Shown: in pieces, positions 1 to 9,939 of the stretch
How positions within the stretch are numbered: the first letter of the stretch is position 1
Layout: each line of letters starts with the position of its first letter
Origin: Myxococcota bacterium
Lineage (GTDB): Bacteria; Myxococcota_A; UBA796; UBA2385
Reading direction: 5' to 3'
DNA: 64,000 bases
Assembly: GCA_044344255.1 (NCBI GenBank)
Contig: JBIJDH010000005.1
Span: 288,001-352,000 of the forward strand
Translations under genes and position numbers: made by a program
The notes under the pieces: generated by a model
Database searches by the model: none
The model's input: only the letters and a program-made list of their open reading frames with translations
Told to the model about the DNA's origin: nothing

Positions 1-2
1 CG

Positions 3-272
3 GAGGGGCGGGTGATCCGCGGCGCGGCGCGGCTCAAGGACGACCTTGAGTGGCAGGTCCGTGTGCGCGCTCGGGCGGCCTTCATCCAGTGGTGGCGAGA
101 GACACACGCCGCCCGCCTCCCGGCAGCGATCGAGCGAAAGAGGGAGCGAGAGGGTGCGCTCATCGCCAAGAAAGACGAGCTCCGCGCGCTCCAGTCCGAG
201 CAGCGGGGGGTGTTCGAGTCTATCGACGCCCTCTCGGTGCTCCTCCGCCCGCGGGCGATCGACGGTGAATAG
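3..272 (+). CDS. 3' end of a hypothetical protein (coiled-coil-like C-terminus), probably truncated by the window edge
   Basis: The frame is open from the window start to TAG at 270-272, has GC-rich codon usage and lies co-directional just upstream of the next gene. Confidence 0.6.
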   Translation, partial: EGRVIRGAARLKDDLEWQVRVRARAAFIQWWRETHAARLPAAIERKREREGALIAKKDELRALQSEQRGVFESIDALSVLLRPRAIDGE

Positions 273-303
273 GGTGGCCCGGACAGACGGACAGGAGTGA
301 GCG

Positions 304-1233
304 ATGTCTACCTTCGCGGCGGCCCGCCTTCGAGCCCTCCCCGACGGTGAGCCGACCGCCGTGCTGCCCGGCGGCTTGATCGGCCGCCTGTCGAGCGCGG
401 CCCTTCGCCTGTCGGACAGCGGCGTGTCGGAGGCGCACGCGATGGTCAGCCTGCGCGGCGGCGCGCTCTGGCTCCTCGGCCTCCGCGGCGCCCTCTCGCT
501 GCGGCGGGCCGGTGGGGCGTCGCACCCTGAAGAGTGGCGGCGGGTCGCGGAGCTCGAGCTCGCGCCCGGGCAGCGGGTCCGCCTCGGTGAGCGCGCGATC
601 ATCGAGGTCCTGGAGGTGGCGCTCCCCACGGCAGAGCTCACGCTCTGTCTGCCAGGCGGCGAAGTGGTGCCGCTCTCTCCCGAGCTCGCCCTCGCCGCGA
701 GCCTGCTCGGGCCGCCCTTTGAGGTGACGCCGGGCTTTGTGCCAGGGGCGGTGCTCCGCCTCTTCAACCCGGGGGACGGGTGGTGCGCCGAGCACGCCGA
801 CGGCCGTCAGGAGGAGCTCATCCCTCACAGCCGCCTGGAGGTGGCGGGGGCTTCGGTCGTGATCGGAGAGCGCCCCTTCGGCGGCGGCGGAGCCCCGACC
901 CGCTCGGCGGCGCCCTCGCGGTCTTGCACCGTCGACTGGGAGGGCACTGTGCTGCGTGAGCGGGGCGGAGCGCGGCTGACCCTCCGGGGCAAGGCGAATG
1001 AGCTCGTCTGTGAGCTGTCGCTCGAACGACAGGCGTGGTCCGACAGCGACACCGTGGCCACCGCGATCTGGCCTGACGAGGCCGACCCAAAGAAGCTCAA
1101 CCAGCGATGGCACAAGACCCTGTGGACCCTGCGCCAGGCCCTCGTGAGCGCGGGCCTCCCGGATGACCTCGTGCTCACGGATTACCGACACGGCTATCGG
1201 CTCAATCGACAGGGCTGGATGATCTCACCCTGA
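304..1233 (+). CDS. FHA-domain protein with C-terminal winged-helix (OmpR/Trans_reg_C-like) DNA-binding domain
   Basis: FHA signature LIGR...VSEAHA; C-terminal 'VATAIWP...LWTLRQAL...HGYRL' wHTH pattern; AGGAG RBS upstream. Confidence 0.75.
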   Translation: MSTFAAARLRALPDGEPTAVLPGGLIGRLSSAALRLSDSGVSEAHAMVSLRGGALWLLGLRGALSLRRAGGASHPEEWRRVAELELAPGQRVRLGERAIIEVLEVALPTAELTLCLPGGEVVPLSPELALAASLLGPPFEVTPGFVPGAVLRLFNPGDGWCAEHADGRQEELIPHSRLEVAGASVVIGERPFGGGGAPTRSAAPSRSCTVDWEGTVLRERGGARLTLRGKANELVCELSLERQAWSDSDTVATAIWPDEADPKKLNQRWHKTLWTLRQALVSAGLPDDLVLTDYRHGYRLNRQGWMISP

Positions 1234-1271
1234 GCGCCCCGCGCTCCGACCGGCCTCGGCCACCCCCTCCC

Positions 1272-2348
1272 TCACTTCGGGCCCGGGCCCGCCCGGCGGC
1301 TCGCCTTCCCCGCTCCGCCGGCCTTGTCCGCTCCGCCCGGCGCCGCGGGGCGGCCGAGGCCCTCGATCTGGATGAGGTCCATCGTGGTCTCGAGGTCTTC
1401 GTTGCCGATCTGCTCGGCCTCGAGCACGCGGTCCTCGGCCTCCCGGCGCTCGGTCTCGATCTGGTCGGGCACGCCGCGGAAGAAGGCGTCGAAGACCATC
1501 TCATTGGCGTTGGCGCGCTCGGCGGCCTGCTCGAAGCGCGCGGCGACCTTGCGCATGCGGGCCGAGAAGCGGAGGAGGGTCTCGTTCTGAGACTTGCGGT
1601 CGGCCTGCGCGCCGCGGACCGAGCTCGGCAGGTGCATCGCGACGGGGTCGTCCTTGGGGTTCTCGGTGGCGAGGAGCTTCGCCTCGGTGTCGCCGCGGTC
1701 GGCGAGGGCGCGGAACGTGGTGGCGGCCTCGGTCATCCGGGCGGCGAGGTCGGGGCCGGTGCCGATCGCGCCGGGCTCGGCGACGGGGATGGCGCCGATG
1801 GGGGCAGGCACCGCCGAGGGGGTGATCGCAGGCGGGCTGTGGTCGCCGGGCGGCGGGAGCGCGGCGTCGGCGAACTCCGCGGCGGTCGCGGCGGCGGCGG
1901 CGGCGGCGGCGCGGGCCTGGGGGCCGGCCATCGGCAGGTCGCCGGAGGGGGGGACCCTGCGCTGCAGGATGACCATCGGCAGGTGGCCGCTGAGCACCAT
2001 CCGGCGCTGCCAGACGCGGTCGAGGTGGCGGCGGATGTCCTCGGTGCGACGGATGTTCTCGCTGCGCTCCAGGCGCCGCTCGAGCGTCTCTTGCGCGCTG
2101 TTCTTCTCCATCCGCAGCTCTTCGATCCGGGCGTCGAGCTTGGTTCGCCGCGCGGCCAGGGTCTTGCCGGCCACGAGGAGCTTCTGCTCGGCCTCGCGGT
2201 AGCGGCTGATCCAGCGGCGGATCTCGGTGCCGCCGTCGGCGTTCTCGCGGCCGAGGCGGGGGAGGACACCCCGGCGCAGGGCGACGCCGAGGCCGACGAC
2301 GGCCGCCAGGCCCGCTGCACCGATCAGGAGGAGGAGGGGGGTGTTCAC
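1272..2348 (-). CDS. Membrane-anchored coiled-coil hypothetical protein with Ala/Pro-rich linker
   Basis: N-terminal hydrophobic helix followed by a charged heptad region. The start overlaps the kinase stop (GTGA). Confidence 0.7.
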   Translation of the reverse strand: MNTPLLLLIGAAGLAAVVGLGVALRRGVLPRLGRENADGGTEIRRWISRYREAEQKLLVAGKTLAARRTKLDARIEELRMEKNSAQETLERRLERSENIRRTEDIRRHLDRVWQRRMVLSGHLPMVILQRRVPPSGDLPMAGPQARAAAAAAAATAAEFADAALPPPGDHSPPAITPSAVPAPIGAIPVAEPGAIGTGPDLAARMTEAATTFRALADRGDTEAKLLATENPKDDPVAMHLPSSVRGAQADRKSQNETLLRFSARMRKVAARFEQAAERANANEMVFDAFFRGVPDQIETERREAEDRVLEAEQIGNEDLETTMDLIQIEGLGRPAAPGGADKAGGAGKASRRAGPGPK

Positions 2349-4150
2349 GGGCCCTCGCCGAGGGGGAGCTCCAGGTGGAAGGTGCTCCCCTGGCCGGGCG
2401 AGCTCTCACAGGAGAGCGTCCCGCCGACGTCCTCGATCTCCTGCCGGCTTATCGCGAGGCCGAGCCCTGTGCCGTAGGCCTTGGTCGTGTAGAAGGGCTC
2501 GAAGGCGCGCCGGGCCTCGTCGGCCCCGAGGCCAGGGCCGTCGTCGTGGACATCGATGTAGACGCGGTCGGCCTCGCGGCGGTGATGAATGCGCAGGGAG
2601 GTGGCCCCGGCCTCCATCGCGTTGCGGATGAGGTTGTGGAGCGTGCGGCGGAGGGCCTCGGCGTCGATCTCCACCACGCCGACCCGGCCCTCGACCGCGG
2701 CGCGCACGCCGGCCCTGCGGAGGGCCTCCTCCTCGAGGCGGAGCAGCTCGCGGCTGATCTCGAGGGGATCGGCGAGGCCGAGCTCGGGGCGCCGCCCCCG
2801 GGAGAGCTCGAGGTAGCGGCCGGTCAGCGCCTCGAGGCGCCGGATCTGAGCGGTGATGATCGCGAGCATGTCGCGGTGCTCGCCCTCCTTCAGCTCCTCG
2901 GTGAGCAGCTCGGCGTGCAGGCTCATCGCGTTCAAGGGGTTTCGGACCTCGTGGGTGATCTGCGCCAGCATCTGCCCCACGACGGCGAGGCGCTCGCTGC
3001 GGGCCAGGCGGTCCTGGTCGCGGAGGCGCTCGGTGACGTCCTCGCCCACGATCAGGGCGCCGCGCTCGCCGAAGGGCACGACCTCGACGTCGAAGCGGCG
3101 GTCGCCGTCGGGCAAGGAGTCGGCCCGCCCGGGGCTCAGCGAGGCGAGCAGCGGCGGCAAGGGCGCCCCCTCCTTCACGCCCCAGAGGCGGGCCGCGGCG
3201 GGGTTCGACATCGCCGCCACGCCCTCCTCCACCACGACGAGGCCGGCGTGGATGGTGTCGAGCACGCGGCGGAGGCGGAGGGAGAGGTGGTCGAGCGCCC
3301 GGGCGCGCTCGGTGAGCCTGCGGTCACGCTCGGAGACCGCCTCGGCCATCGTGTTGAACTCGCGGGCCAGCAGGCTCAGCTCGCCCGTGCCGCCCACGTC
3401 GAGGCGACCGGCGGTCTGACCGGCGGCGAGGCGCTGCACCTGCGCGGTCAGGAGCCCGATCGGCCGCAGCGAGAACAGCGCCACCGCCGCCATCGCCCCC
3501 GAGAGCAGGGTGGCCAGCGCCGCCAGGGCGCCGCTCCCGGTGTAGGCCCGCCCCTGCGCGCGGGCGGTGGCGGCGGACACCGTCTGGATGCGCCCCTCGA
3601 CGAGGTCCGAGAGGTGACCGACCTGCAGGAGGAGCTCGGCACGACGGGTGTCGAGCGCGGCCTGGGCGCGCCGGTCTTCGGGGCGGTGCCCCTCGTCAGC
3701 GCTGTGGCTCGAGGCGTCGAGCCAGCGGCCGAAGGCCTCCTCGTAGGCGGCGCGGCGGGCGTCGATGTCGGAGAGCACGAGCGCCAGCGAGCTCAAGGCC
3801 TGCTGCTCGTCCGTGTCGGTGAGCTGGGCCTGCGCCCCCTCGAGGGTGAGGAGCCCCTGCTCGACCGCGTCGTGGACGGCCGCGCTGTAGAGGGCGGCGT
3901 TGCTGCGGTGGCCGGAGAGGGGGCGGGGCTCCTCGCGGGCGATGCGGTCGTGGTCGCGGTCCATCTGCCGCACCACCGCCTCGAGCTCGGCGGCGGTGCG
4001 GGCCAGCGGCAGGTAGCCGGTGTCGAGCGCGGCGAGGCCGTCGCCGATGTGCCGCAGCTGCACGAGGCCGTAGCCGAGCGAGCCCGCGAAGGCGGACAGC
4101 GAGAGGACGAAGGCCCCGAGGATGCGGGTGCGGATGGTGGGGGAGCTCAC
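2345..4150 (-). CDS. Sensor histidine kinase (2 TM, HAMP, PAS-like, HisKA, HATPase)
   Basis: H-box HEVRNPL, N-box NLIRNA, G1 DDGPG, F/G2 FEPFYTTK..GTGLGL, HAMP GELSLLAREFNTM. Confidence 0.92.
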   Translation of the reverse strand: MSSPTIRTRILGAFVLSLSAFAGSLGYGLVQLRHIGDGLAALDTGYLPLARTAAELEAVVRQMDRDHDRIAREEPRPLSGHRSNAALYSAAVHDAVEQGLLTLEGAQAQLTDTDEQQALSSLALVLSDIDARRAAYEEAFGRWLDASSHSADEGHRPEDRRAQAALDTRRAELLLQVGHLSDLVEGRIQTVSAATARAQGRAYTGSGALAALATLLSGAMAAVALFSLRPIGLLTAQVQRLAAGQTAGRLDVGGTGELSLLAREFNTMAEAVSERDRRLTERARALDHLSLRLRRVLDTIHAGLVVVEEGVAAMSNPAAARLWGVKEGAPLPPLLASLSPGRADSLPDGDRRFDVEVVPFGERGALIVGEDVTERLRDQDRLARSERLAVVGQMLAQITHEVRNPLNAMSLHAELLTEELKEGEHRDMLAIITAQIRRLEALTGRYLELSRGRRPELGLADPLEISRELLRLEEEALRRAGVRAAVEGRVGVVEIDAEALRRTLHNLIRNAMEAGATSLRIHHRREADRVYIDVHDDGPGLGADEARRAFEPFYTTKAYGTGLGLAISRQEIEDVGGTLSCESSPGQGSTFHLELPLGEGP

Positions 4151-4159
4151 GGGGCGAGC

Positions 4160-4783
4160 TTACTCCGCCACCCTCCAGGCGTTGGCCGTCCCGGTGGCCG
4201 TCGGCGCGCGCCCCTCGTTGAGCACGAGGGTGACCGAGTCGCCACCCGCCAGGGTGAGGGTGCCGCGGTTCCAGATGTTCTGGAGGTCGCCGCTGCGGAT
4301 CTCGACCGCGTGCGCACCCACGGGGACGCCGTCGAGGCGCACGGCGTAGGTGGGGCCCACGGCGAGGAGCCGCTTTCCATCGAGGAGGATCGCGAAGCGC
4401 TGCCCGGGGGTGGGCTTGAGCTCGACCACCGGCGCGGCCTCCTCGCCCTCGGCGGGGGCCGGCGGCACGAGGACGTCGGTGCTCAGCTTCTTGTCGGCGA
4501 CCAGCAGGCGCAGGTTCCCGGTGGAGGGGAGGTTGAAAGAGTGCTCCCGCTTGTCCTTCTTCTGGGTGACCTGGGCGACATGAGGCCCCGCGGAGAGGCC
4601 CTCGACTGCCACCATCATCGGCGCCCACAGCGTGAGCAGGGGCTCGTCGTCGAGACGGACCTCCGCCGGGCCGAGGGCGTCGACGATCAGGGTGCCCGCC
4701 TCGGCGGTGCCGACCGGCGCGGAGAGCGCCACAAGGAGGACGGTGAGGAGGGCACGGGAGAGAGGGGCAGGGGCGAGAAGCAT
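4160..4783 (-). CDS. Secreted protein with two PEGA-like beta-sandwich domains
   Basis: Signal peptide ending AEA; repeated pattern AEVRLDD...LSAGPHV / AILLDG...VPVGAHAVEI. Confidence 0.65.
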   Translation of the reverse strand: MLLAPAPLSRALLTVLLVALSAPVGTAEAGTLIVDALGPAEVRLDDEPLLTLWAPMMVAVEGLSAGPHVAQVTQKKDKREHSFNLPSTGNLRLLVADKKLSTDVLVPPAPAEGEEAAPVVELKPTPGQRFAILLDGKRLLAVGPTYAVRLDGVPVGAHAVEIRSGDLQNIWNRGTLTLAGGDSVTLVLNEGRAPTATGTANAWRVAE

Positions 4784-4919
4784 GGGCGCTCCGAGGGCGG
4801 GCCTCGTAATCCCTCCCCGTAATCCCTCCCGCCGCGCCGGCCACGGGCGCCCGCCCGCCCGCGCCTCGGGGTGCCTGGGTGAGCGAGCGGGATATCAGGC
4901 CCTACCTTTTGGGAGCCTC

Positions 4920-6197
4920 ATGGCCTCGTCCGCCCCGTCTGTCTCTTCCGGTTCTGTTCAGGCGCTCGTCGAGCATCGTCTCGGCAACGGGCTCCGCCTC
5001 GTCCTCCAGCCGGACAAGAGCGTGCCGATCGTCGGCCTCGCGCTCTACTACGACGTGGGCAGCCGCAACGAGGAGCCGGGCCGCACGGGTTTTGCTCACC
5101 TCTTCGAGCACATGATGTTCCAGGGGTCGGCGAACGTGCCCAAGAACGGGCACTTCCAGCACATCCTCGGCTGGGGCGGGCAGGTCAACGGCACGACGAG
5201 CCAGGACCGCACCAACTACTACTGCTCGCTGCCCTCGCACCAGCTCGGGCTCGGCCTCTGGTTGGAGGCCGACCGGATGCGCACCCTCGCCGTCACGCCG
5301 GAGAACGTCGAGAACCAGCGACAGACGGTGATGGAGGAGCGCCGCCAGCGCGTGGATGACGCCCCCTATGGGCAGGCCTCTGTTCGGATCGGCGAGCTCT
5401 CGTACCGCTGCTTCGCTTACGCCCACCCCGTCATCGGCTACTGGGATGACCTCCACGCCGCCACCCTCGACGACGTGGTCGCCTTCCACGCGCGCTGGTA
5501 CCGCCCCGACAACGCCGTGCTTGCGCTCACCGGAGATCTCGACCCCGACGAGGCGATCGCGCAGGTGGAGGCCCTCTTCGGCGACATCGCCCCCGGCGGT
5601 CCGCGCCCCAGCCCCGACCTCGGCGAGCCCCTGCGCACCAGCGCCGTGAAGGAGCGGATCACCGACCCCCTCGCGCGCCTCCCCGCCGTGATGGTCAACC
5701 ACCTCGCGCCGGACTTCGACCACCCCGACTTCTACACCTACGAGCTCATCGAGACGCTGCTCTTCCAGGGCACCTCGAGCCGGGTCCATCGGCGCATCGT
5801 GCTCGAAGAGGCGGCGGCCGTGCAGGTGAGCGGCGGCTACGACTGCCACCGCGGGCCGAGCTCCTTCGGCCTCTTCGCGGCGGTCGCGGCGGGCGGGGAT
5901 CTGGATCGGGTGGTCGCGCTCTACCAGGAGGAGCTCGACCGCATCGCCACCGAGCCCGTCCCCGACCGCGAGATCGAGAAGGCCCTGAACCAGCTCCGCT
6001 CGGGGCGGGTCTTCGGGCTGGAGAACGTGCTCGGTCGGGCGTTACAGCTCGGTCGTTCGGTGCTGTACCACCAGGACGCCGCCTGGGAGGAGCGCTACCT
6101 CGACCGCGTGGCGGCCGTCACCCGCGCCGACATCCTCCGCGTCGCCGCCCGCGACTTCTCCGCTCCCCGGGTGGAGCTCCAGGTGGTGCCCGCATGA
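4920..6197 (+). CDS. M16 (pitrilysin/insulinase) zinc peptidase, catalytic subunit
   Basis: Inverted zincin motif HLFEH, NGTT..DRTNYY and LWLEADRM. ATG at 4920 follows GGGAG. Confidence 0.93.
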   Translation: MASSAPSVSSGSVQALVEHRLGNGLRLVLQPDKSVPIVGLALYYDVGSRNEEPGRTGFAHLFEHMMFQGSANVPKNGHFQHILGWGGQVNGTTSQDRTNYYCSLPSHQLGLGLWLEADRMRTLAVTPENVENQRQTVMEERRQRVDDAPYGQASVRIGELSYRCFAYAHPVIGYWDDLHAATLDDVVAFHARWYRPDNAVLALTGDLDPDEAIAQVEALFGDIAPGGPRPSPDLGEPLRTSAVKERITDPLARLPAVMVNHLAPDFDHPDFYTYELIETLLFQGTSSRVHRRIVLEEAAAVQVSGGYDCHRGPSSFGLFAAVAAGGDLDRVVALYQEELDRIATEPVPDREIEKALNQLRSGRVFGLENVLGRALQLGRSVLYHQDAAWEERYLDRVAAVTRADILRVAARDFSAPRVELQVVPA

Positions 6198-7585
6198 GCC
6201 TGTCCTCCTCCGAAGCCCGCCCCGCCCCGCCCTTCCCGACCTCCCCGCCCGAGGGCGGCTCGCCGCGCCCCTGGTCCTTCCCTGCGCTCAGCCGCCGCAT
6301 CCTCGACAACGGGCTCGAGCTCTGCGCCGTGCGCATCCCCACCCTGCCGATGGTGCAGGTGCGGTGGACCTTCCGAGGGGGGCGCCTCCAGGAGCGCCCC
6401 TCGCCGCCGGGCACGGCGCGGCTGCTCGGGCAGCTCGCCCGTTACGGCACGCCGCGTTGGACGGCCCATGAGCTGGCCGATCACCTCGACTTCCTCGGCG
6501 TGCGGCTCCGCTGCTCGGTGACGACGGACAGCCTGTCCAACACGGTCACCGCCCTCTCGCACCAGTTGGAGGAGGCCCTCGACGTCCTCGACGAGGTGAC
6601 GCTCCGGCCCACCATCCCCGAGGGGGAGCTTCAGCGCGAGCGGGCCAAGGCCCTCGAGCTGCACCGCCACGACCTCTCCGAGCCCGATCACCTCGTCAAC
6701 CTGTGGCTCTCCCACCTCGTCTTCGGTGACCACGCCTACGGTCGCCCCAGCGCGACGGCGGCCGGCCTCGCCGCCGTGAGCCGGGAGGACATCCTCGGCT
6801 TGCTCGGGCGGGTGCTGCGCCCGGATCAGGGCATGCTGCTCGTCGTCGGAGACATCGATCCAGACGCCGTCATCGAGCGGCTCACCCTGCGCCACGCGGG
6901 CATGGCGCGCCCCACGACGCCGCTCCCGGTCCCCGGCGCCTGGCCGGCGGCGGGGCGCCGCGTGCTGGTGGTCGACCGCCCCGGCTCCGAGCAGGTGAGC
7001 ATCGGCTTCGGGAAGACCTCGATCTCCCGGTTACACCCCGACTACCTCGCGCTGCGCCTCGCCAACCAGGTGCTCGGCGGCGGCGCCTCCTCGCGGCTCT
7101 TCCTCGAGCTCCGGGAGCGCCGCTCGCTCACCTATGGTGTGTATTCGAGCTTTGAGCCCGGCCTCTACGGGGGTGAATTCACCGCCTCCTTGTCCACCGC
7201 CCCCCAGAAGGCCGCCCTCGCGGTGAGCAGCCTGATGGGCGAGCTCGAGCGCTTCGTCGCCGAGCCCATCCCGGCGGCGGAGATCGAGGAGGCCCGACGC
7301 ACGCTCATCGGGTCCTTCCCGCAGCGGGCCACCGGCGTGAGCGGCGTGGGCGGCCTCGTCGCGGGGGCCTGGCTGCACGGCCTGCCGGCGACGGTCTGGT
7401 CGACCTACCTCACCGAGATGGACGCCGAGCCCGTGGAGTCGGTGCAGGCGGCGGCCCGGGCCTGGCTCCGCCCCGATGACGGCTGCCTCGTGCTCGTCGG
7501 CCCCGGTGAGCTCTGTCGGGAGGCCGCGGCCCCCTACGGCGCGGTGGAGGAGCGGACGGCCGAAGAGCTCGGCTTCGAGGGCTGA
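6194..7585 (+). CDS. M16 peptidase non-catalytic partner subunit
   Basis: M16 fold without HxxEH; LGGGASSRLFLELRERRSLTY (R/Y substrate motif); ATGA overlap with the catalytic subunit. Confidence 0.88.
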   Translation: MSLSSSEARPAPPFPTSPPEGGSPRPWSFPALSRRILDNGLELCAVRIPTLPMVQVRWTFRGGRLQERPSPPGTARLLGQLARYGTPRWTAHELADHLDFLGVRLRCSVTTDSLSNTVTALSHQLEEALDVLDEVTLRPTIPEGELQRERAKALELHRHDLSEPDHLVNLWLSHLVFGDHAYGRPSATAAGLAAVSREDILGLLGRVLRPDQGMLLVVGDIDPDAVIERLTLRHAGMARPTTPLPVPGAWPAAGRRVLVVDRPGSEQVSIGFGKTSISRLHPDYLALRLANQVLGGGASSRLFLELRERRSLTYGVYSSFEPGLYGGEFTASLSTAPQKAALAVSSLMGELERFVAEPIPAAEIEEARRTLIGSFPQRATGVSGVGGLVAGAWLHGLPATVWSTYLTEMDAEPVESVQAAARAWLRPDDGCLVLVGPGELCREAAAPYGAVEERTAEELGFEG

Positions 7586-7595
7586 CCGCGCGGCC

Positions 7596-8723
7596 ATGCG
7601 CATCCTGCACCTCTACCGGCCGCGCCTCCCCGGACAGCGGGCGCAGGCCATCCAGGTGGTGCACGCCTGCGAGGCCTTCGCGCGCCGGGGCCACACGGTC
7701 ACCCTGCTCGCCGACCGCGGGGAGGGCGACCTCGCGGAGTGTGTCTTCGCGGAGGCGGCCACCCCCTTCGGGCTCACGCTGCCCGAGGGCTTTGAGCTGC
7801 AGATCGCGCCCACCGCCCACCCGGGCCTCGCCGGGCTCTGGTTCCGCGCCGGGGTGGCCCGCTGGTGGTGGGGGCCGCCCGGCGGGGTGGTCTACGCGCG
7901 GGACAAGCGGCGCCTGCGCGAGCTCCTCCGCTTCGCCGCCGCGACCGGCAGCCGCGGGCGCCACCGGGTCGTCCTCGAGGCCCATGAGCTCGACCAGGCC
8001 CTCGCGGCCGAGGGTGGGCGGCCCACCGCTGACATCGCGGCGCTGGAGCGCGACGTCCTCAGCGGCATCGACGCCCTCGTGACGAACTGTGGCGGCACGA
8101 TGCGGGCCTGGGAGGTGGCCTGGGGCCCGCGGCTGCCGGCTGCGCGGCGGGTGGTCCACAACGCCACGGCCCCCTCGCGCCGGCGGGAGGCGGTGGCCGA
8201 GCCAGAGCCGGTCGTGCGCTGCGTCGGCGGGCTCCGCCGCTACAAGGGCCCCGATCTGCTGCGGCTCGCCGCCGCCACGCTGCCCTTCCCGGTCGAGCTG
8301 GTGGGCGGGGATGAGGCCGAGCGGAGCGCGGTGGGGGAGGGGCCGGGCGGCCTGCGCCTGCGCCCGCCGGTGGCCTTCACGGCGGTCCCCGACCTGCTGG
8401 CCCGGAGCCGCGTCCTCGTGCTGCCGCTCAAGGACAACCTCTTCGGGCGAGAGCTCACGAGCCCGCTCAAGCTGTGGGACTACCTCGCGACGGCCGTGCC
8501 CATCGTCGCCCCCGACCTCCCCACCGTGCGCGAGATCGCGGCGCTCACCGGGGCCCAGCTGCACACCCACCGCCCGGGTGACCCCCTCGACCTCGCTCGG
8601 GCGATCATGCAGGCCTGGTCAGCGTCCCCGCGGAGCCCGACGCTGCGGAGCTGGGGTGAGCGGGCCACCGAGATCGAGGCCCTGCTGGGGATCGAGCCCC
8701 TGCTCGAGGGTGAGGCCCCGTGA
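7596..8723 (+). CDS. Glycosyltransferase family 4 (GT-B)
   Basis: MRILHLY start, RYKG, SPLKLWDYLATAVPIVAPD. Confidence 0.85.
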   Translation: MRILHLYRPRLPGQRAQAIQVVHACEAFARRGHTVTLLADRGEGDLAECVFAEAATPFGLTLPEGFELQIAPTAHPGLAGLWFRAGVARWWWGPPGGVVYARDKRRLRELLRFAAATGSRGRHRVVLEAHELDQALAAEGGRPTADIAALERDVLSGIDALVTNCGGTMRAWEVAWGPRLPAARRVVHNATAPSRRREAVAEPEPVVRCVGGLRRYKGPDLLRLAAATLPFPVELVGGDEAERSAVGEGPGGLRLRPPVAFTAVPDLLARSRVLVLPLKDNLFGRELTSPLKLWDYLATAVPIVAPDLPTVREIAALTGAQLHTHRPGDPLDLARAIMQAWSASPRSPTLRSWGERATEIEALLGIEPLLEGEAP

Positions 8724-9829
8724 AGGTCCTGTACCTGCTGCGGTACTACCCGACGCTCACGGAGACCTTCGTGAACGGCGAGCTGGCGCTGCTGCGGGAG
8801 CGCGGCCTTGACCTCACCGTGGCCAGCCTCGGCGCCCGCGCGGACGGGGCGCTGCAGGACGAGCTTCCGGACCTGCCGGTGTGGGCGGTGCCGCGGCGCA
8901 GCCTCCGGGGCTGGCTGTCCACCCCGAGCGCGGGGGCCCGCTGGCTGGCTGCCTGGCAGCGACCGAAAGATGTTCGACGTTACACCTGGCTGCTCTCGGA
9001 GGTCGCCCGCGACCGTCCGGACCGGGTGCATGTCCACTTCGCCGGGGAGGCCGCCGAGTGGGCCTTTGCCCTCTCCCTCGACCTCGGGCTCCCCTTCACG
9101 GTCACGGTCCACGCCGTCGACCTCTTCAAGCCGAGGCCCGCGCTCGGCGAGGTGCTGCGCGGGGCCGCTGCCGTGGTGACCGAGTCCGCCTTCCATGTGC
9201 GAGCGCTCGCGGTGCACGGCGTCTCCGCGGTGGTCGTGCGCTGCGGGCCCGATCTTGATCGCTTCGTGCCACGCCCCCTGCCCGACGGCCCCCTCCGCGC
9301 CCTCTTCGTCGGGCGGGACGTGCCCAAGAAGGGGCTCGACACGCTGCTCCAGGCCTGGCCCTCCGCGCCGCAGGGCTCGACGCTCTCGCTCATCACCGAC
9401 GCGCGCGCCGCGTTGCCGGCGGGGGTCGAGCGCCTCGGCCTGCTCCCCCCGGCCGGGGTGCGGGCCGCCCTGGCCGCGGCCAACCTCTTCGTGCTGCCCT
9501 GCCGGCGCGCCGCGGACGGCGACATGGATGGCGTGCCGCTCGCGCTCATGGAGGCGATGGCGATGGGGCGGCCGGTGATCAGCACGGCGCTGTCGGGCAT
9601 CCCCGAGCTGGTGGATGAGCGGGTGGGGTGGCTCTTGCCTGCCGACGACGCCCCCACCCTCGCCCAGGCCCTCGTCGGGGCGCTCGGCGCCGCCGCTGAC
9701 CCGGTTGAGCGGGCGCGGCGCGGCGCGGCCGGCCCGGCGAGGTTGGTCGAAGGTGGCTTCTCTCGCGAGGCGCAGGCGGAGGGTATGATCCGCGTCTGGC
9801 AAGGCAGAAGCCTGCGGCCCGTTGCCTAA
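8720..9829 (+). CDS. Glycosyltransferase family 4 (WcaL-like)
   Basis: YPTLTETFV, VHVHFA, KKG, DGVPLALMEAMAMGRPVIST..SGIPELV. Confidence 0.88.
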   Translation: MKVLYLLRYYPTLTETFVNGELALLRERGLDLTVASLGARADGALQDELPDLPVWAVPRRSLRGWLSTPSAGARWLAAWQRPKDVRRYTWLLSEVARDRPDRVHVHFAGEAAEWAFALSLDLGLPFTVTVHAVDLFKPRPALGEVLRGAAAVVTESAFHVRALAVHGVSAVVVRCGPDLDRFVPRPLPDGPLRALFVGRDVPKKGLDTLLQAWPSAPQGSTLSLITDARAALPAGVERLGLLPPAGVRAALAAANLFVLPCRRAADGDMDGVPLALMEAMAMGRPVISTALSGIPELVDERVGWLLPADDAPTLAQALVGALGAAADPVERARRGAAGPARLVEGGFSREAQAEGMIRVWQGRSLRPVA

Positions 9830-9939
9830 AGTTTACTTGCAGGACCGCGCCGATTCTGGGATACCTTGGGCCGTCGTCATGGCTCGCTACGGGCGCCTCT
9901 CGAGAGGCTTCGCTCCTCGCGTGCCGCTTAGGAGTCAGC

